Part shown: positions 28,342 through 36,498 of the stretch, piece after piece
Layout: every line of letters starts with the position of its first letter
Position numbering within the stretch: position 1 is the first letter of the stretch
DNA from: an uncultured Gemmatimonadales bacterium
Lineage (GTDB): Bacteria; Gemmatimonadota; Gemmatimonadetes; Gemmatimonadales; GWC2-71-9
Direction of reading: 5' to 3'
NCBI GenBank assembly: GCA_963771275.1
Contig: CAVYSW010000003.1
Coordinates: 482,655-546,654, forward strand
DNA length: 64,000 bases
Made by a program: the position numbers and the translations under genes
The notes under the pieces: generated by a model
Seen by the model: only the letters and a program-made list of their open reading frames with translations
Databases searched by the model: none
Told to the model about the DNA's origin: nothing

Positions 28342-30333
28342 TCAGGAATCCGATCGGCGCAGCGCCGGTCGCGGACTCAGCCAGAAGATCCATCCCACTG
28401 CCGCCAGGAAGGCCCCCGCAACGACGAGCTGCGCCGCCAGTGTCTGGACGGTCGGGAACACGCCGAGCGCGGGCAGCGCCGGCAGGTTGAGGTGCGTGGC
28501 CGGCACCCAATCCGCCGCCTGCAGCTCCGCGACACCCTGGCCGGCGAAGCTCACGGCCATCACGGTGAGCAGCGTGCCGGTGGCGGCGAAGAACGGCTTC
28601 AGCGGGATACGCAGCCCGTAGCGCCGAATCGCGACGTAGACCAGCGCGAGTATGCCGGCCCCCGTCGCAAGTCCGGCCGCCACCGCAAGGTGGCCCGCCG
28701 CGCTGTCCGTGGTACCGAACAGCGCGCCGTAGAACAGCACCGTCTCCACCCCCTCACGGTACACCGCGAGGAACGCGACGCCGGCAAGCGCGAGGGTGCG
28801 GCCGCTGCGCAGGGCCCCCTGCATCTGCGCGCTCACGAACGCCATCCACCGCTCGGCCTCGATCTTGGCGACCAGCCAGGACGCGGCGGAGAACAGCACG
28901 ACGGACGCCAGCAGCAGCGTGAGGCCCTCGAGGGCCTCCTGGCCGGCCGCCGAAACGCGAATCAGCGTCGCGAACAGGCCGGCCGTGACGAAACTCGCCA
29001 CCACGGCCGCAGCCGCTCCGGCCCCGACCTGGGGGACCCGGGCGCGCGCACCCGCCTTGTGCAGCAACGCGATCAGGGCGCTGAGGATGAGGATCGCCTC
29101 GATACCCTCGCGGAGGATGATGAGGAGGGACTGGCCGAACGCGAGCGCCACAGAGCCGCCCCGGCTCACGGCAGTGGCCGCGACGTCGATCGCCGCCCGC
29201 GCCCGACCGACTGCCCGACCCACCGCCGCGTCTGATCGCGATGCCACCGCCGCGCGCAGATCGGCAAACGCGATCTCGACTGCGTGCACCGACCGGCCGC
29301 TTCGGGCTCCGATGTCCGGCTCGACGCGCTCGAACGCGAAGTAGGCATCGACGATCCTGGAGTCGGCGTCGTCCCACCGGCCCTCGAGCGCGAGGTCGGC
29401 AGCCAGTCGAACCAGGCTGTCCGCGACCCGCGTCCCCAGCTGCACAGCCAGGACCCGATCCGCGCCCAGCTGATCCATGGCCGCGGCAGTTCTGGCAAAG
29501 CCGACAGCGGAAATGAGTGCCTGCTCACCGGCCATCTCCCCCAACAACAGCATGAGCGAGTCGTCACTCACTGAAATGGTGCGCCGCGCATCTGCCAAAA
29601 TGACCAGACATTGCTCGCAGGCGCGCTCTACCCACCGGCGGCCGGCGGCGCGCTCCACCTCGGTGTAGCGAAGCCCCGACACATACATCGCCACCGCCCA
29701 CCGCTCGTCGGTCGTAAGCGCCACGTCGAACGACGGCATCGCCGTCCCTGCAACACCGGCGCTGATTTTCCTGAAGAAGGCGAGCGGACTAGTCCCCAGG
29801 AGCCTGGGACGGTCGGTGAAGTCGGAGGGGGACGGAACGAGCCCGACGGCCCCCGGCCCATGACCGGACCCGTCAGCACCGTGGCACGCGGCGCACCGCG
29901 CGGCGTACACACGCGCCCCATCGGCAAGCGACGGCGCCCGTTGCGGGAGCGGATCAAGGGCGATGCCCAGCCCCCTGGCCAGCGCGGCCCGCACCGAGTC
30001 CACACCGGCCCGCAGATCCTCCGGATTCTGCAAGGCCGCCACACCACCGCGCAGACGCGCGAGGATCGGCGTCAGCTCGGCCCGCAGGGATTCCGGGAGC
30101 GCCGCCGCGGTCTTCCCGGCGTCCTCCAGGAGCAGGCGCGCTTCGCGCAGCTCGTCCGGGCTGGTGACCTGCCCATCCGACACCCCCCGCGCATACTCGT
30201 CGAGTGCAATCGACAGCGTCCCCGCCAAGCGGCGCGCCGTGGCCGCCGGTTGGTCTTGGGCTTCCGCCGCCGGTGGCAGAAGCACCGCCCCGGCAACGAG
30301 AAGCGCCGCAGCGCGGAGGTGGTTGAGACTCAT
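28342..30333 (-). CDS. Cytochrome c domain fused to an FTR1/EfeU-family iron permease
   Basis: 663 aa. Signal peptide, helical N-domain, heme motif CAACH (29895-29881) with downstream ...GTAMPSF, then polytopic permease with two REGxE motifs (ILREGIEAIL and VYREGVETVLFY). Confidence 0.85.
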   Translation of the reverse strand: MSLNHLRAAALLVAGAVLLPPAAEAQDQPAATARRLAGTLSIALDEYARGVSDGQVTSPDELREARLLLEDAGKTAAALPESLRAELTPILARLRGGVAALQNPEDLRAGVDSVRAALARGLGIALDPLPQRAPSLADGARVYAARCAACHGADGSGHGPGAVGLVPSPSDFTDRPRLLGTSPLAFFRKISAGVAGTAMPSFDVALTTDERWAVAMYVSGLRYTEVERAAGRRWVERACEQCLVILADARRTISVSDDSLMLLLGEMAGEQALISAVGFARTAAAMDQLGADRVLAVQLGTRVADSLVRLAADLALEGRWDDADSRIVDAYFAFERVEPDIGARSGRSVHAVEIAFADLRAAVASRSDAAVGRAVGRARAAIDVAATAVSRGGSVALAFGQSLLIILREGIEAILILSALIALLHKAGARARVPQVGAGAAAAVVASFVTAGLFATLIRVSAAGQEALEGLTLLLASVVLFSAASWLVAKIEAERWMAFVSAQMQGALRSGRTLALAGVAFLAVYREGVETVLFYGALFGTTDSAAGHLAVAAGLATGAGILALVYVAIRRYGLRIPLKPFFAATGTLLTVMAVSFAGQGVAELQAADWVPATHLNLPALPALGVFPTVQTLAAQLVVAGAFLAAVGWIFWLSPRPALRRSDS

Positions 30334-30391
30334 TCTCAGATCGTCCGAGCCCGAATGCTAGAGCCGGCCGGGCGGGACGGCAACCGGGGAT

Positions 30392-30772
30392 TCAAACGAC
30401 GAGCGCAACCGCTGCGGCGAGGTCGTCGGTATGGGTCAGGGACAGCAGCACTTGGGTGGCTTCGAGTGCCGATAGTCGCCGGGCTGCGCTGCCCGACAGA
30501 TGGACCTCCGGGCGCCCGTCCGGATCGCGCACGACCTCGATCTCCCGCCACCCGATTCCGCGCGCGTCCTCACTGCCCTGCAGCGCCTTGTAGACCGCCT
30601 CCTTTGCGGCGACGCGGGCTGCCACGTGCCGCGCCGGAGCCGCCATCTTGAGGCAGTAGTCCCGCTCACCATCCGTGAGCAGGCGCTCGAGCGCCCGCGT
30701 CCCGTGATGCGCCAGCAGTCGCTCGATCCGCGCGACCGCCACGAGGTCGAGGCCGATCCCGCGCACGCTCAC
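30392..30772 (-). CDS. acpS: Holo-[acyl-carrier-protein] synthase
   Basis: VSVRGIGLDLVAVARIERLL...AAKEAVYKAL...GWREIEV..DPDGRPEVHL...SLTHTDDLAAAVALV. GTG 30772-30770 overlaps the stop of the upstream peptidase gene (GTGA). Confidence 0.9.
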   Translation of the reverse strand: MSVRGIGLDLVAVARIERLLAHHGTRALERLLTDGERDYCLKMAAPARHVAARVAAKEAVYKALQGSEDARGIGWREIEVVRDPDGRPEVHLSGSAARRLSALEATQVLLSLTHTDDLAAAVALVV

Positions 30773-32883
30773 GGCACCCTCGCCACAAACACCCGGCGAC
30801 GGAGCACGGTGCCGCCGATCTCCAGCACCGCCACGTACCCGCCGTTGCCAACCGGTGCGCCGGCCGTGTTCACGAGGTCCCACGCCGCCTGGCCGTCGCC
30901 ACCCGCCACCGTGGCTCGGTACACCAGCGCCCCCGTGAACGTGAAGATCGACAGACGACCGTTTTCGGCCGTGCGGCTCCATGTGAAGAACAGGCGGCCC
31001 GATCGTACCGGGTTCTCCGAGACATCGAGCACCCCCTGCGCCACCGTGATGTCCGGCGTGATCGGCGTCCCGACGACGTGAATGGCGTCGAGGTCCCAAG
31101 GCATGTCGCGGGCCTCGAACCGGAGCCGGAGCCGATCGGCCGCGGGGAGCGGCACCTGCACCGGGTACCACACCGGCGCCGCCCCTTCGACCACCGCGAG
31201 CGGGGTCCAGGTCGCGCCGTCGTCAACCGAGCAGTCCACTTCCCCAAGGTGGTCGGGCAGGAAGAGCGACCCCGCGTGGCGGGTCCAGAAGATCAGCCGT
31301 TGCCCGCTGAACCCGGACAGGGTGAGATCGGGCGACGTGAGGGTGTCGCGGGCCCCGGTCCAGTAGCGAGTGCCCTCGACGGCGTCGACGGAGTCGCGGG
31401 TCCATCCGGTCCAGCCGGTCGAGCCTTCTGCCCCCTCCGCCGCGAGCACCTGTTGACGCAGCCCGAGCTCCGGCACCGCCAGCTGCACGCCCGCCGCCTC
31501 CCGGCCCAGCGGGCCGCGCCAGCGCCAGCGCAGGCGTCCGCGATCGAGCGAGTCCGCCACCAGGCTCACCGTCCCGCGCGCGGCCCCGACCCCCACGTCG
31601 ATGACCCGCGTTGCGGGGCCGGGCGCGGCGGACAGCCACACCTCCGGCCACGCGGACTCGAGCAGTGCGTCGACCGGGGCGCCGCCCGGGCGCAGGTCGG
31701 CCGCACCCTCCAGGCGGGCCAGGGCGAACGGCAGATTGTCGCTCACGACCCGCGCCACGATCGCCGAGTCATCGGGCAGCAGGAAGCCGTACGACGCCCC
31801 AGCGACGCAGCAGCCCGCCGTCAGCTCCACCGTGAAGGCCATCGTGCCGAACGCGCGATACGCCCACTCGGCGTACTCGCCGTTCGTGGGGTACAGCTGC
31901 CACGCCGGCCCGGGGTGGTACTTCGGCCGCGTCGTCCCGGGAAGCTGATCCAGAATCGCGGGCTCGAGCGGGGTGCCGGCGAGGGTGGTGAAGACGGGGG
32001 CGTCCGCCGTGACGCGGCCGTAGGTGTATCCGTACGGATAGAGGATCAGGTCGCTGTAGCTGTGGTACGAGATCGCCACGTCGGGCGGATGACTCCGATG
32101 GAACGCAACCAGCGCCTGCGTCTCCGGTTCCGACGCCGGGCCCGGACCACGGTATGTCTCCGCGCCCGGGACGGCGCTCGAGCCGAAGTCGTCCACACCC
32201 CAGAACGCCGGATAGTTCCGGTTGAGGTCCACGCCGCGCGTGCCGTCCGCGTTGAGCCGCCGGTTCTTGCGCCACAGGCGATCGACGTCGAATGTGTACT
32301 GATACCCGTCCGGATTGACGACCGGCACGACCCACACGTCGCGCGCGGCCAGCAGCGCTGCGCCAGCCGGCGTGGCTGGCAGCGAATCCGCCAGGTACTC
32401 GATCAGCCGCAGCGCCATTTCCGCGGAAATCCACTCCCGCGCGTGATGGGCCCCGAGGTACAGCACGTTCGGGCGCTCCGGCGCGTCGTCCGCCGCGCCG
32501 ATCTTCACCGCGAGGATCGGCCGACCCTCACCGGTGGCGCCGATCGTGTCCACCACCATGGGCCGGCCGCGCGCGACGAGCCCGGCGAGCGCATCGGCGA
32601 TCGCGGGATAGTCGTGGAAGTTCACCGGGGGCGCGGCCGGCGCGGGGGGCGCCGCGACCACCTCGAGGCCCCCCGCGGCGAGCGCGGCGCGGTCGGCGGG
32701 CGTCGCAACGACGAGCGCGTAGTCCACACCCCCCACCCGCTCGACGCCGGCCACCTCGAACCCGGCCCGCGCCAGCGCGTCGAGCACCGGGAGCGAGTCG
32801 AGGCGCACGCGCGTCACGGCAAGCTGCTGCGCGTGCGCGGTCCCGCCGACCAGCAGTCCGACCACGAGCAGCGTCCGTCTCAC
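30769..32883 (-). CDS. M14-family zinc carboxypeptidase with large C-terminal extension ending in a T9SS/FlgD-Ig-like sorting domain
   Basis: Signal peptide (RRTLLVVGLLVGGTAHAQQ). M14 motifs GAHHAREWISAEMAL, VVPVVNPDGY, WRKNRR, GVDLNRNY, SEPETQAL, SYHSYS.LILYPYGY. The C-terminal ~85 aa fit the CTD pattern (see findings). The ORF track extends it spuriously to 33333; GTG 32883-32881 chosen (GTGA overlap). Confidence 0.85.
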   Translation of the reverse strand: MRRTLLVVGLLVGGTAHAQQLAVTRVRLDSLPVLDALARAGFEVAGVERVGGVDYALVVATPADRAALAAGGLEVVAAPPAPAAPPVNFHDYPAIADALAGLVARGRPMVVDTIGATGEGRPILAVKIGAADDAPERPNVLYLGAHHAREWISAEMALRLIEYLADSLPATPAGAALLAARDVWVVPVVNPDGYQYTFDVDRLWRKNRRLNADGTRGVDLNRNYPAFWGVDDFGSSAVPGAETYRGPGPASEPETQALVAFHRSHPPDVAISYHSYSDLILYPYGYTYGRVTADAPVFTTLAGTPLEPAILDQLPGTTRPKYHPGPAWQLYPTNGEYAEWAYRAFGTMAFTVELTAGCCVAGASYGFLLPDDSAIVARVVSDNLPFALARLEGAADLRPGGAPVDALLESAWPEVWLSAAPGPATRVIDVGVGAARGTVSLVADSLDRGRLRWRWRGPLGREAAGVQLAVPELGLRQQVLAAEGAEGSTGWTGWTRDSVDAVEGTRYWTGARDTLTSPDLTLSGFSGQRLIFWTRHAGSLFLPDHLGEVDCSVDDGATWTPLAVVEGAAPVWYPVQVPLPAADRLRLRFEARDMPWDLDAIHVVGTPITPDITVAQGVLDVSENPVRSGRLFFTWSRTAENGRLSIFTFTGALVYRATVAGGDGQAAWDLVNTAGAPVGNGGYVAVLEIGGTVLRRRVFVARVP

Positions 32884-33617
32884 GGGAGCCAGGCCCACAA
32901 GGCCGAGAGCCAACGCGGCGCGGGCAGGTAGCCGCCCATGACGAGTCCCATCAGGGCGGCGGCGCCGAGCACCGGGACGCCCACCGCCACCACTGGCCAC
33001 ATCGGCCGGCGCCAGCGCGCGATGCCGGCGGCCACCTCGGCCCACCGCACGAGCTCGGCGGCGACCTGATCTTCGAGCCCGAGCCACGCGGCTTCGAAGC
33101 GTCGCGCCGCAACGAGCAACGCCTCCTGCCACGCGTCGAGCGCGGCCCGCTCGACGGCCGTCGCGCCGCGCAGCCGCTCGGCGCGCTCGTGCAGCGCGTC
33201 CAGCGCGGGCACCAATCCGGCTCCCACCGCCCCCAGTCTGCCGCCGATCCCACGGACCTCGGCCGTGTCGAGCGGGGCCCGCCGGCGCAGGCGGCGGGGC
33301 ATCCGCACGGCGCCCGCCTCGGCCGCCAGGCATGCGTTCACGTGCGCGACCAGGGTCGCCGCGACACCCTTGACGGCCTCTTCCCAGGCGTCGAGCCAGA
33401 CCTGCGCGTCGAGCGCGCGCAGGGCCCCCTCCCGGTCGCCTTCCGCCGCCAGTCGCCGCGCCTCGCCCGATGCCTCGAACAGCCGGGAGAGCGACTGGAG
33501 GCGGTTGGCGTCGAGCGGCAGGCCCGGGACCGTGGAGCTCGTCCCCGTGAGCACGCGGCCGAGCGACGGGCCCAGCTCGGGCACCCGGATCGGCAACAGC
33601 AGCTGGGGACCGGTCAT
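32880..33617 (-). CDS. Hypothetical helical protein with C-terminal membrane anchor
   Basis: 245 aa from ATG 33617-33615 (ATGA overlap with the HAD gene stop). C-terminal TM: MWPVVAVGVPVLGAAALMGLVMGGYL. No recognisable family. Confidence 0.55.
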   Translation of the reverse strand: MTGPQLLLPIRVPELGPSLGRVLTGTSSTVPGLPLDANRLQSLSRLFEASGEARRLAAEGDREGALRALDAQVWLDAWEEAVKGVAATLVAHVNACLAAEAGAVRMPRRLRRRAPLDTAEVRGIGGRLGAVGAGLVPALDALHERAERLRGATAVERAALDAWQEALLVAARRFEAAWLGLEDQVAAELVRWAEVAAGIARWRRPMWPVVAVGVPVLGAAALMGLVMGGYLPAPRWLSALWAWLP

Positions 33618-34309
33618 GCGTAGATCGCCGCGAGCACCCGGTCCGGCTCGGAGAGATCGTCGAACACCGCGTAGGCGCCGGCCGCGGCGAGCGCGGCGGA
33701 GCCGTACGAGCCGGTGGCGACGCCGATCGGGCGGGCGGCGACGCCGTCGCCGCACGTCATGTCCGCCGGCGTATCCCCCAGGATCACGATCTCCGCCCCC
33801 CGCAGCTCGCGCCCGACCAACGCGGCCGCGCGGCGCGCCGCGATCGCGGGAAGCGCTGCCCGGTCGGCGTGATCGGAGCCGAACGCCCCGACGCGGAAGC
33901 GCTCATAGGCGATGCCGCCCGATTCGAGCTTGAGCCGCGCCCCCTCGGCGAGGTTGCCGGTGAGCAGCCCCAGGAGGGCGTCGCCCCGGGCGTCGAGCAG
34001 ATCGAGCAGCGCGCGTACGCCGGGGTACACCGCAGTCGTGTGGTCCCCGCGCGCCAGCTCAGTCGCCAGCAGGTCGACATAGCGGCGGCACACCGCGGCG
34101 ATCCGCGCCGCGTCGTCCGCCCCGGGGTGGTTCGTGACCTGCAGAAGCTCCCGCACGATCTGGGGATCGGTCTTGCCATCGAACCGCACGACGTGCTCGG
34201 GCGGAGCGGCGCCGAACTCCTCGGCGAGCGCCGCGTGAATCGCCCGGCGGCCGGCGCCGTGGGTGTGCAGCAGCGTGCCGTCGATGTCGAACAGGACGAG
34301 CTTGCGCAT
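33614..34309 (-). CDS. HAD-superfamily hydrolase (phosphoglycolate-phosphatase-like)
   Basis: MRKLVLFDIDGTLLHT (motif I), LLGLLTGN (motif II), ILGDTPADMTCG (motif IV). Confidence 0.85.
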   Translation of the reverse strand: MRKLVLFDIDGTLLHTHGAGRRAIHAALAEEFGAAPPEHVVRFDGKTDPQIVRELLQVTNHPGADDAARIAAVCRRYVDLLATELARGDHTTAVYPGVRALLDLLDARGDALLGLLTGNLAEGARLKLESGGIAYERFRVGAFGSDHADRAALPAIAARRAAALVGRELRGAEIVILGDTPADMTCGDGVAARPIGVATGSYGSAALAAAGAYAVFDDLSEPDRVLAAIYA

Positions 34310-34385
34310 CTGCGTCGGAAGATACGGCGGGGCGGAAACGCCTGGTAGCGTGGCGGCAGGGGCGGCGCGACCGGCCGGCGGCGCG

Positions 34386-35345
34386 TCAGCGCGGCGCGTC
34401 GGCCAGACCCGGAACGCTCACTGTCCCTCGCGCCTGAGTCACGCCGCGCTCGATCGCGGCGGTGACGGCGTCCTGTGCCAGCAGCTCGACAACGAGCGGG
34501 TCTGCCGCCACCGTGCCTCCCGCCGACACCGCAAAGACGACGTCGCCGTCCACCGCGGTCCCCACCGGCCGGATGCGCCACGACAGGGCGTCCGCCGCCG
34601 CCCGCGCTACTTCGGCCAGCGCCGGGCGATCCAGCCCGGCGTTCGTGCCGACCACGACGAGCGTGGTGTGTCCGAACCGCTGCGCGGGCGCCCCACCGGC
34701 GATCAGGTGGGCACGCGCGTCCGCGAAGCCGTTTCCCGCGCGCGCACCGGCCAGGATGCGCCCGGCGGCGTCCACCACGTCGCCGTAGGCATTGACCACC
34801 GCCAGCGCGCCCACGATCACGGCGCCGCGCGTGAGGGCCGAGGTGCCGACTCCCCCTTTCATGGCCCGCTCGGGACCGAGCACTTTCCCCACGGTGGCCC
34901 CGGTTCCCGCCCCGACGGACCCTTCGGCGACGTCCGGCCCCGCCGCGTCGCACGCGGCGTACCCCTCGGCCGGGCCCGGCCAGCGATCGGCCCGTCCGAT
35001 GGGCGCGAGGTCGAACACCACGGCCGCCGGCACGATCGGCACCACCGTGACGCCGGCCGCAAACCCGCGACCCCGCTCCGCCAGCCAGCGGACGACGCCG
35101 TCCGCCGCGCCGAGGCCGTAGGCCGATCCGCCGCTCAGCAGGATCGCGTCGACGCGGGGCACCAGGTGTCTCGGGGAGAGGGCGTCGAATTCCCGCGTGC
35201 CGGTGGCGCGCCCGCGAATGTACCCCGCGGCCGCCATGCCCTCGGGGGGGCCCAGCACCACGGTACAGCCGGTTCCGGCAACGCCGTCGGTCCAATGGCC
35301 AACGGCGACCCCCGGGACGGCGGTGAGCGTCGCGCGACTGGTCAG
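34386..35345 (-). CDS. Peptidase S58 / DmpA (P1) family aminopeptidase-like protein; probable non-canonical CTG start
   Basis: GSAYGLGAADGV, GAGTGATVGK, GTSAL, GHTTLVVVGTNA. The track ORF starts at GTG 35261, but the family-typical N-terminus LTAVPGVAVGHWTD...GTGCTVVL lies upstream in the same frame, bounded by TAG 35351-35349 with only CTG 35345-35343 as a start. Confidence 0.75.
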   Translation of the reverse strand: MTSRATLTAVPGVAVGHWTDGVAGTGCTVVLGPPEGMAAAGYIRGRATGTREFDALSPRHLVPRVDAILLSGGSAYGLGAADGVVRWLAERGRGFAAGVTVVPIVPAAVVFDLAPIGRADRWPGPAEGYAACDAAGPDVAEGSVGAGTGATVGKVLGPERAMKGGVGTSALTRGAVIVGALAVVNAYGDVVDAAGRILAGARAGNGFADARAHLIAGGAPAQRFGHTTLVVVGTNAGLDRPALAEVARAAADALSWRIRPVGTAVDGDVVFAVSAGGTVAADPLVVELLAQDAVTAAIERGVTQARGTVSVPGLADAPR

Positions 35346-35536
35346 AGGCTACCGGGGGTGGAGCCCGTCGGGGCCGCCCCGCCGCGCTGCTCCGCGCAGG
35401 CCTTGCAGAGCGTGATGCCCTTGAGCGAGCAGATCAGGCAGATGAAGGTGCCGCACATCTCGCACGGGTAGCCTTCCGAGGCCCGCTCCTCGTTGCCGCA
35501 GGCGCGGCACACCATCGCGTCGGTTTCGTTGGGCAC
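35342..35536 (-). CDS. Cysteine-rich miniprotein (64 aa, four CxxC pairs)
   Basis: MPNETDAMVCRACGNEERASEGYPCEMCGTFICLICSLKGITLCKACAEQRGG... GTG start at 35536, preceded by GAGGAGG 4 nt upstream (35547-35541 on the - strand). Confidence 0.65.
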   Translation of the reverse strand: MPNETDAMVCRACGNEERASEGYPCEMCGTFICLICSLKGITLCKACAEQRGGAAPTGSTPGSL

Positions 35537-35570
35537 GTCGCCTCCTCACCCGGCGTCGGGGGCACGTCTG

Positions 35571-35599
35571 ATCATAGTGTCCCGCCCGGTGCGCGTCAC
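35571..35599 (-). promoter_or_regulatory. Candidate sigma-70-type promoter for the Cys-rich/DmpA genes
   Basis: On the - strand: GTGACG (35599-35594), 17-nt spacer, TATGAT (35576-35571). The -35 overlaps the stop codon of the lipid kinase gene. Confidence 0.4.
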
Positions 35600-36498
35600 C
35601 CTCGCCGCCGGCCGGCGGTCATCACGCGCAGCGTCCCGGCGAGCAGCTCGGCGGTGAACGGCGTCCGGCCGGCGGCCTCGCCGTCCGTCTGCACGACGCG
35701 CGCCGGCTCCATCTCCACCGTCACGACCGATCCGCGGGCGCGGCGCACGTTGTCGCTTCCCCCGCCGGCCCCGCTGATCCACTGCACCAGCACCGCCGCG
35801 CTCTGCACGAACCCCTCGCCCCGCAGCATGACGACGTCGAACAGTCCGTCGTCGAGCTCCACGCCGGGCCCGAATCGCAGGAACGGCGGCACGAACTCGC
35901 TGCAGTTGGCCACCATCACCGTCGCGGCCTCGCCATCGAGGCGGGCCCCGTCCACGGTCACGCGGTAGGGGACGTTGCGCACCGTCCCGATCGTCTCCCA
36001 CGCGCGCGCGATGTACGCCCCCATCTTCCACCGCCGCTTGGCCGCCGTCGTCGTCGTCGCCATGAGATCGGCGTCGAACCCGGCGCCGCACGCCACGGCG
36101 AAGTAGCGCGTCCCGTCGTCCCGCTCCAGCCTCCCGAGGTCGACCGCGCGCGGCGTGCCCCGGGTGATGACGAGCGCGGCCCGGGTCGGGTCGCGCGGCA
36201 GCCGGAGGTTGCCCGCGAGCAGGTTGCCGGTGCCCCCGGGGATCAGCGCGAGCGGGAGATCGTGACCCTGCATGCCCTTCACGGCCTGCATCGCGGTTCC
36301 GTCACCACCGTACACCGTGACCACGTCCACGCCCGCACGCACGCCATCGGCCGCGAGCTCGGCAGCGTGGCCGGCATGCTTCGTCTTCTCGATGTCGACC
36401 CGCCAACCCTCGCGGCGGAGCACGCTCCGCACCGTGCGCAGGACCCTTGGGTCCGTGCGCGCCGCCGCCGGATTGGCGATGATCAGGGTGTGGGACAT
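35596..36498 (-). CDS. Diacylglycerol-kinase-family lipid kinase (YegS/BmrU-like)
   Basis: 300 aa from ATG 36498-36496. LIIANPAA, VVTVYGGDGT, LALIPGGTGNLLA, FAVACGAGFDA. The track ORF 35596..36705 has a spurious N-extension. Confidence 0.85.
   Translation of the reverse strand: MSHTLIIANPAAARTDPRVLRTVRSVLRREGWRVDIEKTKHAGHAAELAADGVRAGVDVVTVYGGDGTAMQAVKGMQGHDLPLALIPGGTGNLLAGNLRLPRDPTRAALVITRGTPRAVDLGRLERDDGTRYFAVACGAGFDADLMATTTTAAKRRWKMGAYIARAWETIGTVRNVPYRVTVDGARLDGEAATVMVANCSEFVPPFLRFGPGVELDDGLFDVVMLRGEGFVQSAAVLVQWISGAGGGSDNVRRARGSVVTVEMEPARVVQTDGEAAGRTPFTAELLAGTLRVMTAGRRRG

Noticed and set aside
30769-33333. 854-aa version of the M14 peptidase ORF
   Set aside because: The N-terminal ~150 residues are Arg/Ala/Gly junk overlapping the upstream tail-anchored protein gene. 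A GTG at 32883 gives a proper signal peptide and a GTGA junction.
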